Of a stretch of 64,000 nt of DNA, positions 25,134 to 35,844 are shown piece after piece. Position 1 is the first letter of the stretch; every line of letters begins with the position of its first letter. The DNA is taken from the IMG/VR virus record IMGVR_UViG_3300020045_011333, positions 32,001-96,000 of that record; one strand, given 5' to 3'. The translations under genes were made by a program, and so were the position numbers. This stretch comes from a virus. The notes beneath the pieces are model-generated. The model had not been told where the DNA came from and did no database searches. It saw only the letters and a list, made by a program, of their open reading frames with translations.

Positions 25134-27539
25134 ATGGCCATATCCCCAAAAGACATACGCTTCAACCCGGCGACAGGAAAAATAATTCTTCCGGGACAAC
25201 CGTTGGGAGCAACTAATCAAGTTAATAGCAATCGTGTGGCAAGACATTCATCTCCGTCACATAAAAATGCTGTTTCAACTGCTCCGATCCCAGAACATAA
25301 TTATTCTGTTGGCGATGTAGGTTTACCAAATACACCTTATGATGGCATGACTTTAGCTTATTTCGAGGGTTTTGATCAACCTTTGGCTGATCTTGTTATG
25401 GCCCCACATAAGCCCCGTGGTAAATATTTAACCAGTCAAACTTATCGTCCCGGTTCTCGACAACCTAGTGGACAGTTAACTATTGCCTATGACAGTGACC
25501 CCTATAATACAGGTCCAAACGATAACAATCGTGGTGTGCCTATCGGATCAGATAATATTTCAATTTCTAATTCAGTATTAAAATTAGGCGCTCGCTATGG
25601 AACGGCCCAAGAACGTACTCTGTATAACAGAGAACTTGTTGCATCTTGTTTAATGAGCGATTTTGCGGTTAATGCCTATCCCGGCATAGCAGGATCTCAA
25701 GATATTATTATTGAATGGTATATGCGAAGTGTTCCTAATGGGCCTAATTTAGTAGGCTCACATAGTGATTTTTGGACCTCCCCTATGGAGCCTCCTGCCA
25801 ACTCTTCACCCAAGCAAGATATCAATTTTGAAAATGACACCATGAACCAAGTTCTTGGTGGAATCGGACTTGATCCCGGAAGTCCCGGTGGTTTTTCGCC
25901 TAATAATAAATGGACTGATTTCGGTAGCTGGCATCGTATTAGTTTTCTTTTAAATAAAGATACCCAAGCTGGTGTAAAAGTATATCGAGACGGAGTTCTC
26001 TGGGATACTGGACGTTTTAACGGTGGTCTTGGTGATGCAGCTATTCGTTTACTTATTACGGCTCACGTTGTAACTGAAGAAACTATATTATCAGAATGGA
26101 TTAATGGAGTTACTTACGCTCTTGAAATTGATGATTTCAGAGTTTGGAATAGACCAAGTGCTAAAAGATATAAACCTTTAGTTACTATGCCTGATGTTAA
26201 CATTAACTTTGGTTCTAGCACAACTATAACACTTCCTCCTGCTATTAGTATTTGGGGAGAAGTACCAACTGTTGAATACGTACAACAAATTCAAGTTGAG
26301 GTTAATGAACCGGGGGGTGCTGATAACGTATCCTATGGGACTAAATCTAACCCATTCCCTACCGGTGTATCTTACAATGCTGGTACTAGAACTATTACTG
26401 TAGCACCTACTAGCGCTAAAGCCGGACGTATGGCCTTCGTGGTTCACGCCAGAACCGCTGGAAGTGTGTGTGAGCCTCTTAGATTTAATGTTAACGTGGG
26501 GCCGGTTATCAATTTTAGAGCTATTAGCTTTGTACCCGGAATTGCTGGAACATATGAGGTATATTCTAAAGTTGACTGCGGCGTATTAGTAACTGATGGG
26601 GTAAATAAAACTAAAGTAATTAGTTTTACAGAACTGCCAAGTGGCTTTAGCTATAATGATACAACTGGTTATTTATCTTGGGACACTACTGCCACTGATC
26701 CGGCAAATGCGACTATCAATGCTACGAATTCTATAGGTCAAACTACCTCTGGAACAATTAATATTACATTAGGATCTGTACCTATTAACGGCGAAGATAT
26801 AGTATTGACTAATGCTATTAATTCTATGACTGTCTCACCAACTCAAGCAAGACGTGTTTTACTTAATACGTTTATTTCTGGACTTCGCAGTGATGGGGTA
26901 TTGACTAAACTTGATTGGTTAACCTTATTTGCGGCCCATGATAGTCAAGCAGGTTTGATTAATATGATCCAGCCTACAAAAAATTGGACTACAGTTGGGG
27001 GTATTGTGGCGTTTACTTCAGATCGTGGATATGCCGGTGATGGGGTAGCTTCTTATATGTCAATGAATGAAACTGTTACAGCCGCAAGTAATATGGCGTC
27101 TCAAAATAATTCCACCATCGGTATTTGGTGTAATCAACAAAATGGAGCAACTGGATTACTCCCACATTTCTCTGAATTAATTGCCGGTTCCAGATTTGAT
27201 ATTAGAGCCAGAGGAACTTCTGGTAATGAGACTTTCAAATGTGCTGATGGAACGGGAGATGTACTTAGAGCTAGTACTCTAACTCGTGTAGGACATAGAT
27301 CAGCATCTAGAACTGATGCAGCCGTCAAAAAGGGTTATTTTAACGGTTCATTAACAGCTACTTTAACCACAGCTTCTACAGGTGGAGGTGCAGCAAACGG
27401 ATGTATTGCTAAAGCCAGCACTACTTATTGTGCTGATAGATTCGCAGCATTTTATAGTGGTACAGGACTAACTGATGCTGAACAAACCGCTATGCATAAT
27501 AGATTAAATACGTATTTAACGGCAATCGGTGCAAATTAA
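25134..27539 (+). CDS. Putative virion carbohydrate-binding protein (GH16/ConA-like, Ig-like and C-terminal lectin-like domains)
   Basis: 801 aa; IIIEWYM...DFWT...DINFE...WHRISF...VYRDG jelly-roll pattern; Thr-rich Ig-like repeats; own sigma70 promoter. Confidence 0.55.
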   Translation: MAISPKDIRFNPATGKIILPGQPLGATNQVNSNRVARHSSPSHKNAVSTAPIPEHNYSVGDVGLPNTPYDGMTLAYFEGFDQPLADLVMAPHKPRGKYLTSQTYRPGSRQPSGQLTIAYDSDPYNTGPNDNNRGVPIGSDNISISNSVLKLGARYGTAQERTLYNRELVASCLMSDFAVNAYPGIAGSQDIIIEWYMRSVPNGPNLVGSHSDFWTSPMEPPANSSPKQDINFENDTMNQVLGGIGLDPGSPGGFSPNNKWTDFGSWHRISFLLNKDTQAGVKVYRDGVLWDTGRFNGGLGDAAIRLLITAHVVTEETILSEWINGVTYALEIDDFRVWNRPSAKRYKPLVTMPDVNINFGSSTTITLPPAISIWGEVPTVEYVQQIQVEVNEPGGADNVSYGTKSNPFPTGVSYNAGTRTITVAPTSAKAGRMAFVVHARTAGSVCEPLRFNVNVGPVINFRAISFVPGIAGTYEVYSKVDCGVLVTDGVNKTKVISFTELPSGFSYNDTTGYLSWDTTATDPANATINATNSIGQTTSGTINITLGSVPINGEDIVLTNAINSMTVSPTQARRVLLNTFISGLRSDGVLTKLDWLTLFAAHDSQAGLINMIQPTKNWTTVGGIVAFTSDRGYAGDGVASYMSMNETVTAASNMASQNNSTIGIWCNQQNGATGLLPHFSELIAGSRFDIRARGTSGNETFKCADGTGDVLRASTLTRVGHRSASRTDAAVKKGYFNGSLTATLTTASTGGGAANGCIAKASTTYCADRFAAFYSGTGLTDAEQTAMHNRLNTYLTAIGAN

Positions 27540-27606
27540 AAATTAACTCTCTTGACATTTATTATTTTGTATGATATTATATTTAATATCAAGAGAGATT
27601 TTTAAA

Positions 27607-27834
27607 ATGAATGATATAAACATCATTACCCCGCCCCGAGATGGAACTTGGATTATTTTATTGGGAGGATATGGTATCACAGATACTGGTGGTGATCATG
27701 ATTGTCAAAAACATCCTGTCATAGCTAAATATCAAATAGATGAAGAAAGTGCTTCTTTTGGAAATGGGTTTATGCTTTTTGGGACGGAGATTGGTATAGT
27801 ACTTACAAAAATCCTACACATTGGATTCCATTAA
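27607..27834 (+). CDS. Hypothetical protein
   Basis: PRDGTWIIL pattern; ATG 27607. Confidence 0.45.
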   Translation: MNDINIITPPRDGTWIILLGGYGITDTGGDHDCQKHPVIAKYQIDEESASFGNGFMLFGTEIGIVLTKILHIGFH

Positions 27835-28518
27835 ATGCTTAAAATAATTTTAGGAATTTTAATTGGTGCTTTTTCTTTTGGGCTAGTAGCACAAACTACA
27901 CTTAATATTAGTCCAAATTATAATAAAATGATGAGTTCGGTTGTAAAAATTCAAAGTATTAACACCACTGGCTCCGGTTTTATCTCTGATTCAGGATATA
28001 TTATTTCTGCGGCCCATGTCTTTGAAGAAAAAGATAAAAGGTTTATAGGAAGAACAAAAGACGGTAAGAAATTTGATATAGAAATTGTTAAATTGAATAA
28101 AGAAAAAGATATTGCAATTCTTAGAGCTATCAATTTCGAAGTAAATATTACTAACTCTGCTAAACTTTCTTGTAAGCCTGTTAAAATTGGAGAGGATCTT
28201 ATTTCTATAGGAAATCCTTTATTCTTAAATTTTGTAACCACTTTTGGTAAAGTGGCAGGACTAAGAAGAATAGATATTGATAAAAGTGATATTGTAATTA
28301 CTGATCTTAGCTTACTCCCCGGAATGAGTGGTGGCCCTGTATATAATAAACAAGGGGAAGTAGTAGGGATTAATGATTCAGTTTTAAGTTCTCCAGTAGG
28401 TATGGGTATTGATACAGAATCTATAGGACTATTTAAAGAAATTTTATCTTTATCTGGAATTTCTGTTATTGTTTCTGGTGAAGCAATATGTGATGAATTG
28501 AAATTAGTAAAGAAATAA
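27835..28518 (+). CDS. Trypsin-like serine protease (S1/HtrA-like protease domain, no PDZ) with N-terminal signal/TM
   Basis: GSGF...SAAHV (His), DIAIL (Asp), PGMSGGPV (Ser) triad. Confidence 0.9.
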   Translation: MLKIILGILIGAFSFGLVAQTTLNISPNYNKMMSSVVKIQSINTTGSGFISDSGYIISAAHVFEEKDKRFIGRTKDGKKFDIEIVKLNKEKDIAILRAINFEVNITNSAKLSCKPVKIGEDLISIGNPLFLNFVTTFGKVAGLRRIDIDKSDIVITDLSLLPGMSGGPVYNKQGEVVGINDSVLSSPVGMGIDTESIGLFKEILSLSGISVIVSGEAICDELKLVKK

Positions 28519-28602
28519 TGTCCAAAAGTTAAAAAACTTGACTTTTTTAAAAAACTAAAGTATAATCCCGATTAACTCAAACTTAATCGGGATTTTTTAT
28601 TT

Positions 28603-29010
28603 ATGACTCTACAATATTCTGTTGCGGTCCGCAACGCCAGACTTGACGTTGTTGAGACTACTATTGGCGCAAGTGCCGTCCTTAAAATTAGAACTGGCGC
28701 ACAGCCTGCTAACGTAGGAACCGCTGATAGCGGAACAGTGTTAGCAACGGTACAACTACCATCTGATTGGATGGCTGCTGCCTCTGGTGGAACAAAATCT
28801 AAATCAGGCACTTGGGAAGATACAAGCGCGGATGCCACTGGTACAGCGGCCCATTTTCGCATCTATGCAAGTGATGGTACAACGGCTCACGCCCAAGGCT
28901 CAGTAACTTTAACTGGCGGCGGAGGAGATATGACTGTTGATAGCGTCAATTTCACTTCTGGTCAAAGTTTTGTTGTATCTTCATTTACTTTAACCAGTGG
29001 AAATGCATAA
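28603..29010 (+). CDS. Virion structural protein (fibre-associated), 135 aa
   Basis: RNARLD...LKIRTG.QP...GTVLA...A.ATGTA..FRI...GSV...GGD pattern common in phage structural modules; own TTGACT/TATAAT promoter. Confidence 0.6.
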   Translation: MTLQYSVAVRNARLDVVETTIGASAVLKIRTGAQPANVGTADSGTVLATVQLPSDWMAAASGGTKSKSGTWEDTSADATGTAAHFRIYASDGTTAHAQGSVTLTGGGGDMTVDSVNFTSGQSFVVSSFTLTSGNA

Positions 29011-29017
29011 CATTTAA

Positions 29018-30565
29018 ATGACTGTAGTATTTCTCACCAATGGTACTACATCTTGGACCGTCCCGGCAGGCGTAACGTCTATCAAGGCGGAATGCCTTGG
29101 CGCGGGTGGTAATGCCGCAAGTGGTAACAGATCGGGTGGTGCTGGTGGTGCTTACTCTTGTGAGCCAATACTTACTGTTACTCCCGGCGAAATTCTTACA
29201 GTACAAATACCACTACAAACTGCTTCAACTTTTTCTGCAACAGGCGAAGCCTTTATTAAGAGAGGCAGCACTACTCTTGTTTTAGCAAAGTCCGCAACTG
29301 GTCCTACAACCAATGCAACTATTGCTATGGGTGGACAAGCCTCAGAAGGCGTCGGATTAATAAAATATTCCGGTGGTAATTCAGGTGGTGGACCTGATGG
29401 CACCGCTATTGTTTCCGGTGCAAGATCGGGGGGAGGCGCGGCGGCAGGCCCAAATGGAAATGGTGGAAATGGAGGTTCTGCCGCTGGCTCTGGATATGGT
29501 GCAGGCGGCGGCGGCGCTAATGGAGGAGGCCATGCCCCTAACGCCTCTGGCTCAAGCAGTGTAGGTGGAACAGGACCAACAGGAAGTGCTGGCGGTGCTA
29601 TTAGTTCAAATAGTCCCGGCACCAACGGTTCTGGAGGAGGAGGCGGACCTAGCGGTCTAAGTGGTACGAACTCTCACAATGCTGAATGGGATTCTACTCA
29701 CGGATGTGGTTCTGGTTCAGGTTCAAGAAGGTCATCTGGTGATGTCAATGCTTCTGGATGCTATGGCGGCGGATCTGGCGGCTTAGCATCAGGAAGTGGA
29801 TTTGGCGATCCCGGCTTAATTGTTATTACATATAGTGATTCTCCCACCGGAATTACTTCTAATGCTTCTATAACTGAAAATAATGACACTGTTTCTTCTC
29901 AGACTAATTTAAAAATTTCAGCTAATTTCAATTTTTTAGAAGATAATGACACTGTTGGCTCAATTACTGTTATCAGTGTAACTGCTACTTCTAATATTTT
30001 AGAATCTTCTGACACTTCTATAAGTACTAGCAATTTAAAAATTATTTCTATTTTTAATGTGTTAGAAGCTGATGATACCGTTTTAAGCTCTTCTCTAATT
30101 AAGATAAACTCTAATCTCAATTTAACAGAAGCTGATGACACTCTTAATTCTACAGGTAGCTCCACTACTGTAATAGTAACTATAGCTAATCTTAATTTAA
30201 CAGAAGAGAATGATACAACTAATTCTACCGTAAAACTAATAATAAATTCCAATACTTCTATTACAGAAGAAGAAGATACTATTACTAGTTTTAGTAAAAT
30301 TGGTATTAGTGCTTATTTTAATATTAACGAAGATAGTGATACTATCGCCTCTAATATTAGCCTTAAATTAATAGCTAATTTATTTGTTAATGAAGGAAAT
30401 GATACATTAATAGCTATTGGGCTATCTAATTACATTGTACCGGAAACACCATTATCCAGAACAACTTTTACAATATTTGAAAATAGATTAATTCAAGTAA
30501 CTTTTGAAAATAGAATTATCCACGTCACACCAGAACAACGAATTGTGAGAGCCACAAATGCTTAA
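29018..30565 (+). CDS. Glycine-rich fibre-like protein with nine E-x-x-D-T repeats
   Basis: SWTVPAGVTSI.AECLGAGG Gly-rich domain; ~21-aa repeats ENNDT, EDNDT, ESSDT, EADDT x2, EENDT, EEEDT, EDSDT, EGNDT. Confidence 0.7.
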   Translation: MTVVFLTNGTTSWTVPAGVTSIKAECLGAGGNAASGNRSGGAGGAYSCEPILTVTPGEILTVQIPLQTASTFSATGEAFIKRGSTTLVLAKSATGPTTNATIAMGGQASEGVGLIKYSGGNSGGGPDGTAIVSGARSGGGAAAGPNGNGGNGGSAAGSGYGAGGGGANGGGHAPNASGSSSVGGTGPTGSAGGAISSNSPGTNGSGGGGGPSGLSGTNSHNAEWDSTHGCGSGSGSRRSSGDVNASGCYGGGSGGLASGSGFGDPGLIVITYSDSPTGITSNASITENNDTVSSQTNLKISANFNFLEDNDTVGSITVISVTATSNILESSDTSISTSNLKIISIFNVLEADDTVLSSSLIKINSNLNLTEADDTLNSTGSSTTVIVTIANLNLTEENDTTNSTVKLIINSNTSITEEEDTITSFSKIGISAYFNINEDSDTIASNISLKLIANLFVNEGNDTLIAIGLSNYIVPETPLSRTTFTIFENRLIQVTFENRIIHVTPEQRIVRATNA

Positions 30566-30830
30566 ATGGCCCAATAAAGACCCCGATGAAGTTTTAGATT
30601 ACAAAATAGATTGGACTCCTCGTTTAGACGGTGACACTATTGTTACATCTATTTTTATTGTTACACCATCTGATATTGTTGTAGATTCTAGTTTTAATAC
30701 TACAACAGAATCTACGATCTGGTTATCCGGCGGTATTTTAAATAAAGAGTACTCAATAACTAATAGAATAGTTACTACCGATGGAAGAACCATGGATCAG
30801 ACTGTAAAACTATCTATTCGTCAGAAGTAA
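30558..30830 (+). CDS. Phage fibre/tail adaptor-type small protein
   Basis: KDPDEVLDY..DW...L.GDTI..S...WLSGG....Y.ITNRI.T..GRT motif. Confidence 0.7.
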   Translation: MLKWPNKDPDEVLDYKIDWTPRLDGDTIVTSIFIVTPSDIVVDSSFNTTTESTIWLSGGILNKEYSITNRIVTTDGRTMDQTVKLSIRQK

Positions 30831-30929
30831 TATTTACTTTGTCGTACCAAATACATAAAACTTGACTTTTTAAAAAAGTTATGATAGAATAAGTTTCTTT
30901 ATTTAATCTTAAATTGCGAGATAATTACT

Positions 30930-31193
30930 ATGGCCGCTTCAAAAGCTTATACAATTACTAATACATGGCAGTTAGTGGCTAGTAATGCTACTGAAATATT
31001 CATTTATGCTAATAAATCTTATAATTTGGATTTATACATAGGAACAACAGCCCCGAGCGAATCTACCGCCGATTTTGTTCCTGTAGAGGCAATAAGCAAT
31101 TTTAGCGCGTCTTCTTTAGTATCAGCTTCTGATAAAGTTTATATAAGATGTGCATCCTCCGTTCCAGTCGTTGTAAAAGTTCTTACGGCGTAA
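30930..31193 (+). CDS. Small beta-rich hypothetical virion protein (87 aa)
   Basis: ORF track; own promoter. Confidence 0.55.
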   Translation: MAASKAYTITNTWQLVASNATEIFIYANKSYNLDLYIGTTAPSESTADFVPVEAISNFSASSLVSASDKVYIRCASSVPVVVKVLTA

Positions 31194-31198
31194 ATAGA

Positions 31199-33802
31199 AT
31201 GCCATTTAATTACTCTCATTTTAATGATAAAAACACACGTTCCTTTTTGAATAATTTTTATTCAAAATTAGGGACTACCACCTTTAATATGTCAAAATAT
31301 ATAACAAACCCACAAGGAGGCATCACGCCTCCACCAGTTGTTACATATTACGTTGATCCATCTGGTTCAGATACAAATGATGGGTTAACTCAAGCTACGG
31401 CTTGGCAAACAATTAGTAAAGTTAATAATAGTACGATCCCTGCGGGCGCTCATGTACTATTTAAAGGCGGAGCATCTTTCACAGGAGAGCTTTCACTTGT
31501 CTCTGGAAAGCATTTTGGAACCGTTTCAGGCCAGCCTACGGTATTTGGTAGTTATGGTGTTGGGAAAGCGACAATTCTTGCTGATTCTAATGCCGCAAAT
31601 GGTATTTCGGCATATAATCCTCAGCATTTAACGATACAAGACATCATCTGCATAGGAACTGGAACCACAGTTAGTAATTCTACAGGAGTTAAGGTAGAAA
31701 GTAATATTGGAGGTGGTATAAAGCATTCAGGCGTTTCATTACTACGATTAGAGGTTTCTCAATTTGGTATTGATGGTATTTCCGCGTATAGCACACATCC
31801 GACTGAAGTTTCAGGATTTAACGGCCTACTGATCGATGGATGTGTGGCGCACGACAACACTGGAAATACAATCACCAATTATGGATGCGGCATTACTATC
31901 CAAGGTAAGTACGGACTTCTTACTTATCCTATTGCTCACACAGCACCAATTGTTAGAAATTGTATCGCTTACAATAATACTGGTAAGCTAGGTCTAGGGA
32001 ATGGTAGTGGAAATGGCATCATGATTGCTCAGTGCGAAAATGCATTGATCGAATGGTGTCAGGCATACAATAATGGAGCAAATAATAACTTCCCCGGAAG
32101 TGGTCCGGTTGGTATTTGGTTCTACGATAATTGGAATTCGGTTATCCAATTTTGTGAGAGCCATCACAACTTAACTCAGTCCGGGGACGGTGGTGGGTTT
32201 GACATCGATGGTGGTTGTCAAAATTGCACGATCCAGTATTGCTATTCACATGATAACGGTGGTCCCGGATATATGCTTTATCACTTCACTGATCCGGGCT
32301 ATATGTTACCATTTTTTGGAAATGTTTTACGTTATAATATTACTGAAAATGATAACACCTATTCTTCACAAACATTTAAAGGTTCAATAAACATTGGAAC
32401 CGCATCCACGACTGAGACAGCACCAAATTGTCACGTCTATGGGAACACAATCTATCAAAGCATAGCTTCTAAAGCCGGTATTTACTTTATTTCCAATCAG
32501 AATATGTTCACTAACGGAAGAATATCCAATAATATTATTTATGTAACCGGTGCTTCTTCTAAATTTATTGATAGTTTTTCAACTACTAATCCGGTAATGA
32601 CCTTTACAGGCAACCTGTATTATTCTGGCGCACAACCTGTATCAATAAAGTGGGGAGCTACAACTTATGATTCTATAGCCGCATGGAGGGCTGCTCGTAC
32701 CACTCAAGAAACTATCGCCGGAATAGATACGTCTGTCAGTGGTGATCCCTTGTTTCAAGGTACTTTACCTATTGGAACAATCGGCGGCTTTAATACCACA
32801 CTTCTTGCGCCGTATAGGACTCAAACAACGTCACCAACTATTAATGCCGGTAAAGACTTACTAGCACTCTCCGGTATCAATATGGGAAGCAGCGACTTGT
32901 TTGGAAACAGCATTCCACGCGGCTCGGTATATGACATAGGAGTTTTTGATGCAGTTGGAACACCCATAACACCTCCGTCGAATACTACTGCCCCTTCAGT
33001 ATCTGGACTTCTTACTCAAGGCTCAATACTTACAACAACTTTAGGGACATGGACCAATTCCCCAACAACCTATTACTTCCAGTGGAAAAGAAATGGAACC
33101 TCTATCTCAGGTGCTAAGTCGTCAACGTACACTACCGTGCTTGCTGATGTAGGTGCAATGATATCTTGTGACGTAACGGCAGCAAACAAAGGGGGAGCCG
33201 CAACACAATCTAGTAATAGTATCGGTCCAGTAGTGATACCAGCTAGTTTTGTGTTTACTGATAATTTTAATCGAGCTAATGATGCTTCTTCTCTCATTAT
33301 TGGAAACTCAGCGTGGACTACTTCTGGCGGATCAAGTACTTCAGCAAGAGTTACTAGTAACCAACTTCAAGTTCTTACGACTGAAGGAGGGTATTTAACT
33401 CCCGATCTTTTATCAGCAAATCATGCCGTACAAGCTCTCGTAGTAGCTGCTGCTGCCACAACTGGTCCATTTTTAGCAGTTAGAATGGTGGATCAAAATA
33501 ATTTTGTGGGAATTAGATTTAGTACATCAACCGGTGGTGTTCAATTGTGGCAGCGGGTTGAGGGTACTTTAACTCAAATTGGTTCTGCGACAATAGCAAC
33601 CGGAGCGGGCCATACAATTAGAGTGGAAGTGTACGATGATAAGGTTCAAGTACTTAGGAATGGTGTAGTTATTATTGCGCCATATACATTAATTGGCCTA
33701 GGTGCTGGTATAACTAAGGCCGGTATTATCGCCCGCACAACCGCTATAAATCCTTGGATTGATGATTTCCATGCTGAAAATATATTATCTCTTACAGTAT
33801 AA
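31199..33802 (+). CDS. Right-handed parallel beta-helix protein (putative depolymerase) with Ig-like and lectin-like C-terminal domains
   Basis: YYVDPSGSDTNDG..ATAWQTI.KVN start; repeated I..C...N/DN..G beta-helix turns; P.NT.AP.VSG...G..LT...GTW...Y.FQW.RNG Ig module. Confidence 0.8.
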   Translation: MPFNYSHFNDKNTRSFLNNFYSKLGTTTFNMSKYITNPQGGITPPPVVTYYVDPSGSDTNDGLTQATAWQTISKVNNSTIPAGAHVLFKGGASFTGELSLVSGKHFGTVSGQPTVFGSYGVGKATILADSNAANGISAYNPQHLTIQDIICIGTGTTVSNSTGVKVESNIGGGIKHSGVSLLRLEVSQFGIDGISAYSTHPTEVSGFNGLLIDGCVAHDNTGNTITNYGCGITIQGKYGLLTYPIAHTAPIVRNCIAYNNTGKLGLGNGSGNGIMIAQCENALIEWCQAYNNGANNNFPGSGPVGIWFYDNWNSVIQFCESHHNLTQSGDGGGFDIDGGCQNCTIQYCYSHDNGGPGYMLYHFTDPGYMLPFFGNVLRYNITENDNTYSSQTFKGSINIGTASTTETAPNCHVYGNTIYQSIASKAGIYFISNQNMFTNGRISNNIIYVTGASSKFIDSFSTTNPVMTFTGNLYYSGAQPVSIKWGATTYDSIAAWRAARTTQETIAGIDTSVSGDPLFQGTLPIGTIGGFNTTLLAPYRTQTTSPTINAGKDLLALSGINMGSSDLFGNSIPRGSVYDIGVFDAVGTPITPPSNTTAPSVSGLLTQGSILTTTLGTWTNSPTTYYFQWKRNGTSISGAKSSTYTTVLADVGAMISCDVTAANKGGAATQSSNSIGPVVIPASFVFTDNFNRANDASSLIIGNSAWTTSGGSSTSARVTSNQLQVLTTEGGYLTPDLLSANHAVQALVVAAAATTGPFLAVRMVDQNNFVGIRFSTSTGGVQLWQRVEGTLTQIGSATIATGAGHTIRVEVYDDKVQVLRNGVVIIAPYTLIGLGAGITKAGIIARTTAINPWIDDFHAENILSLTV

Positions 33803-33897
33803 TATAAATTAAGTTCAATTTAATAAAAACTTGACTTTATCAAAAAATAGTGTTATAGTTATTCTATAACACTATTTTTTATTTTATAGGTATTTGA

Positions 33898-35772
33898 ATG
33901 GCCACTACAACAGAACTTCAAGCTAAAATTGATAAACTTTCAGTCAATATGGATAGGCTGAATCTAATCACAAATGGCAATTCTACTACTGAAGTAGCTA
34001 TTGATAGTGGAACTGTACCTAGTATTGCTAAATTCATAGCCGGTATTCAAGCTCAAGTAAATGCTGCCATTTCAGCCGGAAGTGTTTCCAAGGCTGGTGA
34101 CACAATGGGCGGCGACCTATACATTTCAAAAGTTAATCCTACATTAATATTAAGAAAAACATCCACAAGTGGACAAGTGAATAGGATTATAGGACAAACT
34201 AATACTGTAAGTAGATGGCTTGTAGATATTGGGGATGCCACCACTGAATCCGGTACAAATGTAGGCTCTGATTTAAGTATCCATAGATTAGACAATGCAG
34301 GTACTTATGCGGGTACGCCGTTTCAAATTGAGCGTTCCACCGGAATTACTAAAACCAACGAAGGTTTTAAGTGGATCAGGTGTATCCTTCTTCCTCAAGG
34401 AACTAATTTTGATACCGTATTAGAATCAGGTACGTATGATTGTTCTTCACCTCTTAACGGGCCTTATACCTCAACAGGTTGGTTTTATTTAGAAGTAATT
34501 CGTCATTCGGGTGGTACTGATTGGGCTATTCAAAAGGCAACGGCTTTAACTGATGCCTCTGGACATATTAACACATGGATTAGAAGAAGAACTTCAACTA
34601 CATGGAGTGCTTGGAAACCTTTATCTGGATTTGTTACCCCCGAACATTACGGCGCATTAGGTGATGGTAATAATAATGATACAACAGCCGTAACTTATGC
34701 TTTAAGATCAGGGTTCCCGGTAAATCTTCTTGGATTGTATAGAATTAATAATAATATTATTTTTGGTGATAACTATTCTGGAGGGGCAACAGATTACATA
34801 CAAGGGGCTGGAAAACGTCATTTTATTTTAGACGGGCAATATGCTAGACTAGATTGGGTAATAAATACTCCGGTAGGCGCTCAAGGGAGAATGCTAGTAG
34901 CAAAAGATATTGTTTTAGTGGGTAATGCTTCCAACCATGATTGGGGGGCATTAAATCTATCTACCACTGGAGGATCAAGCTCAACTTCCAAAACTTTCGA
35001 TTTAAGGAATATTATTACTGAAGGGTATAATGTAGATACCACCGCTCCACTTCATGGCATAACTTTAGCTAATATGAGAAATGGTATTTTGGATGGCTGT
35101 AAGCATCAAGGTAATCGAGCCAATGCTTCTGGAAGCCGAACTGGTATTGGAGTCTATGCACTAGGTACTGGTGATCCGGGAAGTTTTCATATTAATAACC
35201 AACATGCTTATTTTTGCTCTAAAGGCATAGAAATTCAACAAACCAATGAAAGAATTTCAATTACAGACTGCCGAATGGATTATGTTGATAATGGAATTAG
35301 AGTAGCATTAGATGAAAACCCCATAGATGGGGACAACATGGGTAAACCTACAACAATTATTAACGGAGGATTTATTAGACCTCATAGTGTGGGAGTAACT
35401 TTAGAAAGGGCTTGGAGTTGGAAAGTGACCAATGTAGATTTTCATACCCAAAGCTCAAATAGTTTCTTTGTAGGCATTGCGTCATCCATTTCCTCAACTC
35501 AAAGTCAACAAGGGTGGATCGATGGCTGCTCGTTTAGAGACTTATCTACGGCAGGCGGTGTATCTTCTAATACGACAAGAGGTATTTATTTACAAGGCCA
35601 CACTACAGGCAACGTAACTACTAGAATTGGTATGAACTTTTTTATTCTTTTAACAACTGGTATTTATTTAGATACACAAGTGAGAAGCGTAAGATATTCT
35701 GCCGCCGCAGTTTATGAAGGTGTAGTAACACCTGTGGCTAATTTTGGTGGCGGAACAAACACGTCTTATTAA
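33898..35772 (+). CDS. Tail fibre/spike 1 (N-terminal anchor, knob-like domain, pectate-lyase-like beta-helix)
   Basis: FDT.LESG.Y...W.YLEV...W..W knob pattern; VTPEHYGALGDG..NDT.A beta-helix start. Confidence 0.8.
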   Translation: MATTTELQAKIDKLSVNMDRLNLITNGNSTTEVAIDSGTVPSIAKFIAGIQAQVNAAISAGSVSKAGDTMGGDLYISKVNPTLILRKTSTSGQVNRIIGQTNTVSRWLVDIGDATTESGTNVGSDLSIHRLDNAGTYAGTPFQIERSTGITKTNEGFKWIRCILLPQGTNFDTVLESGTYDCSSPLNGPYTSTGWFYLEVIRHSGGTDWAIQKATALTDASGHINTWIRRRTSTTWSAWKPLSGFVTPEHYGALGDGNNNDTTAVTYALRSGFPVNLLGLYRINNNIIFGDNYSGGATDYIQGAGKRHFILDGQYARLDWVINTPVGAQGRMLVAKDIVLVGNASNHDWGALNLSTTGGSSSTSKTFDLRNIITEGYNVDTTAPLHGITLANMRNGILDGCKHQGNRANASGSRTGIGVYALGTGDPGSFHINNQHAYFCSKGIEIQQTNERISITDCRMDYVDNGIRVALDENPIDGDNMGKPTTIINGGFIRPHSVGVTLERAWSWKVTNVDFHTQSSNSFFVGIASSISSTQSQQGWIDGCSFRDLSTAGGVSSNTTRGIYLQGHTTGNVTTRIGMNFFILLTTGIYLDTQVRSVRYSAAAVYEGVVTPVANFGGGTNTSY

Positions 35773-35844
35773 TTTAATAAAATCCTTGACATTTAAAATT
35801 TCATATGATATAAAGGCCTCATTGATTAACGTCACGAGGCCTTT

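Noticed and set aside
29152-30252. Pro-rich and Ser/Leu-rich minus-strand ORFs
   Set aside because: Codon shadows of the Gly-rich and repeat regions of 29018-30565
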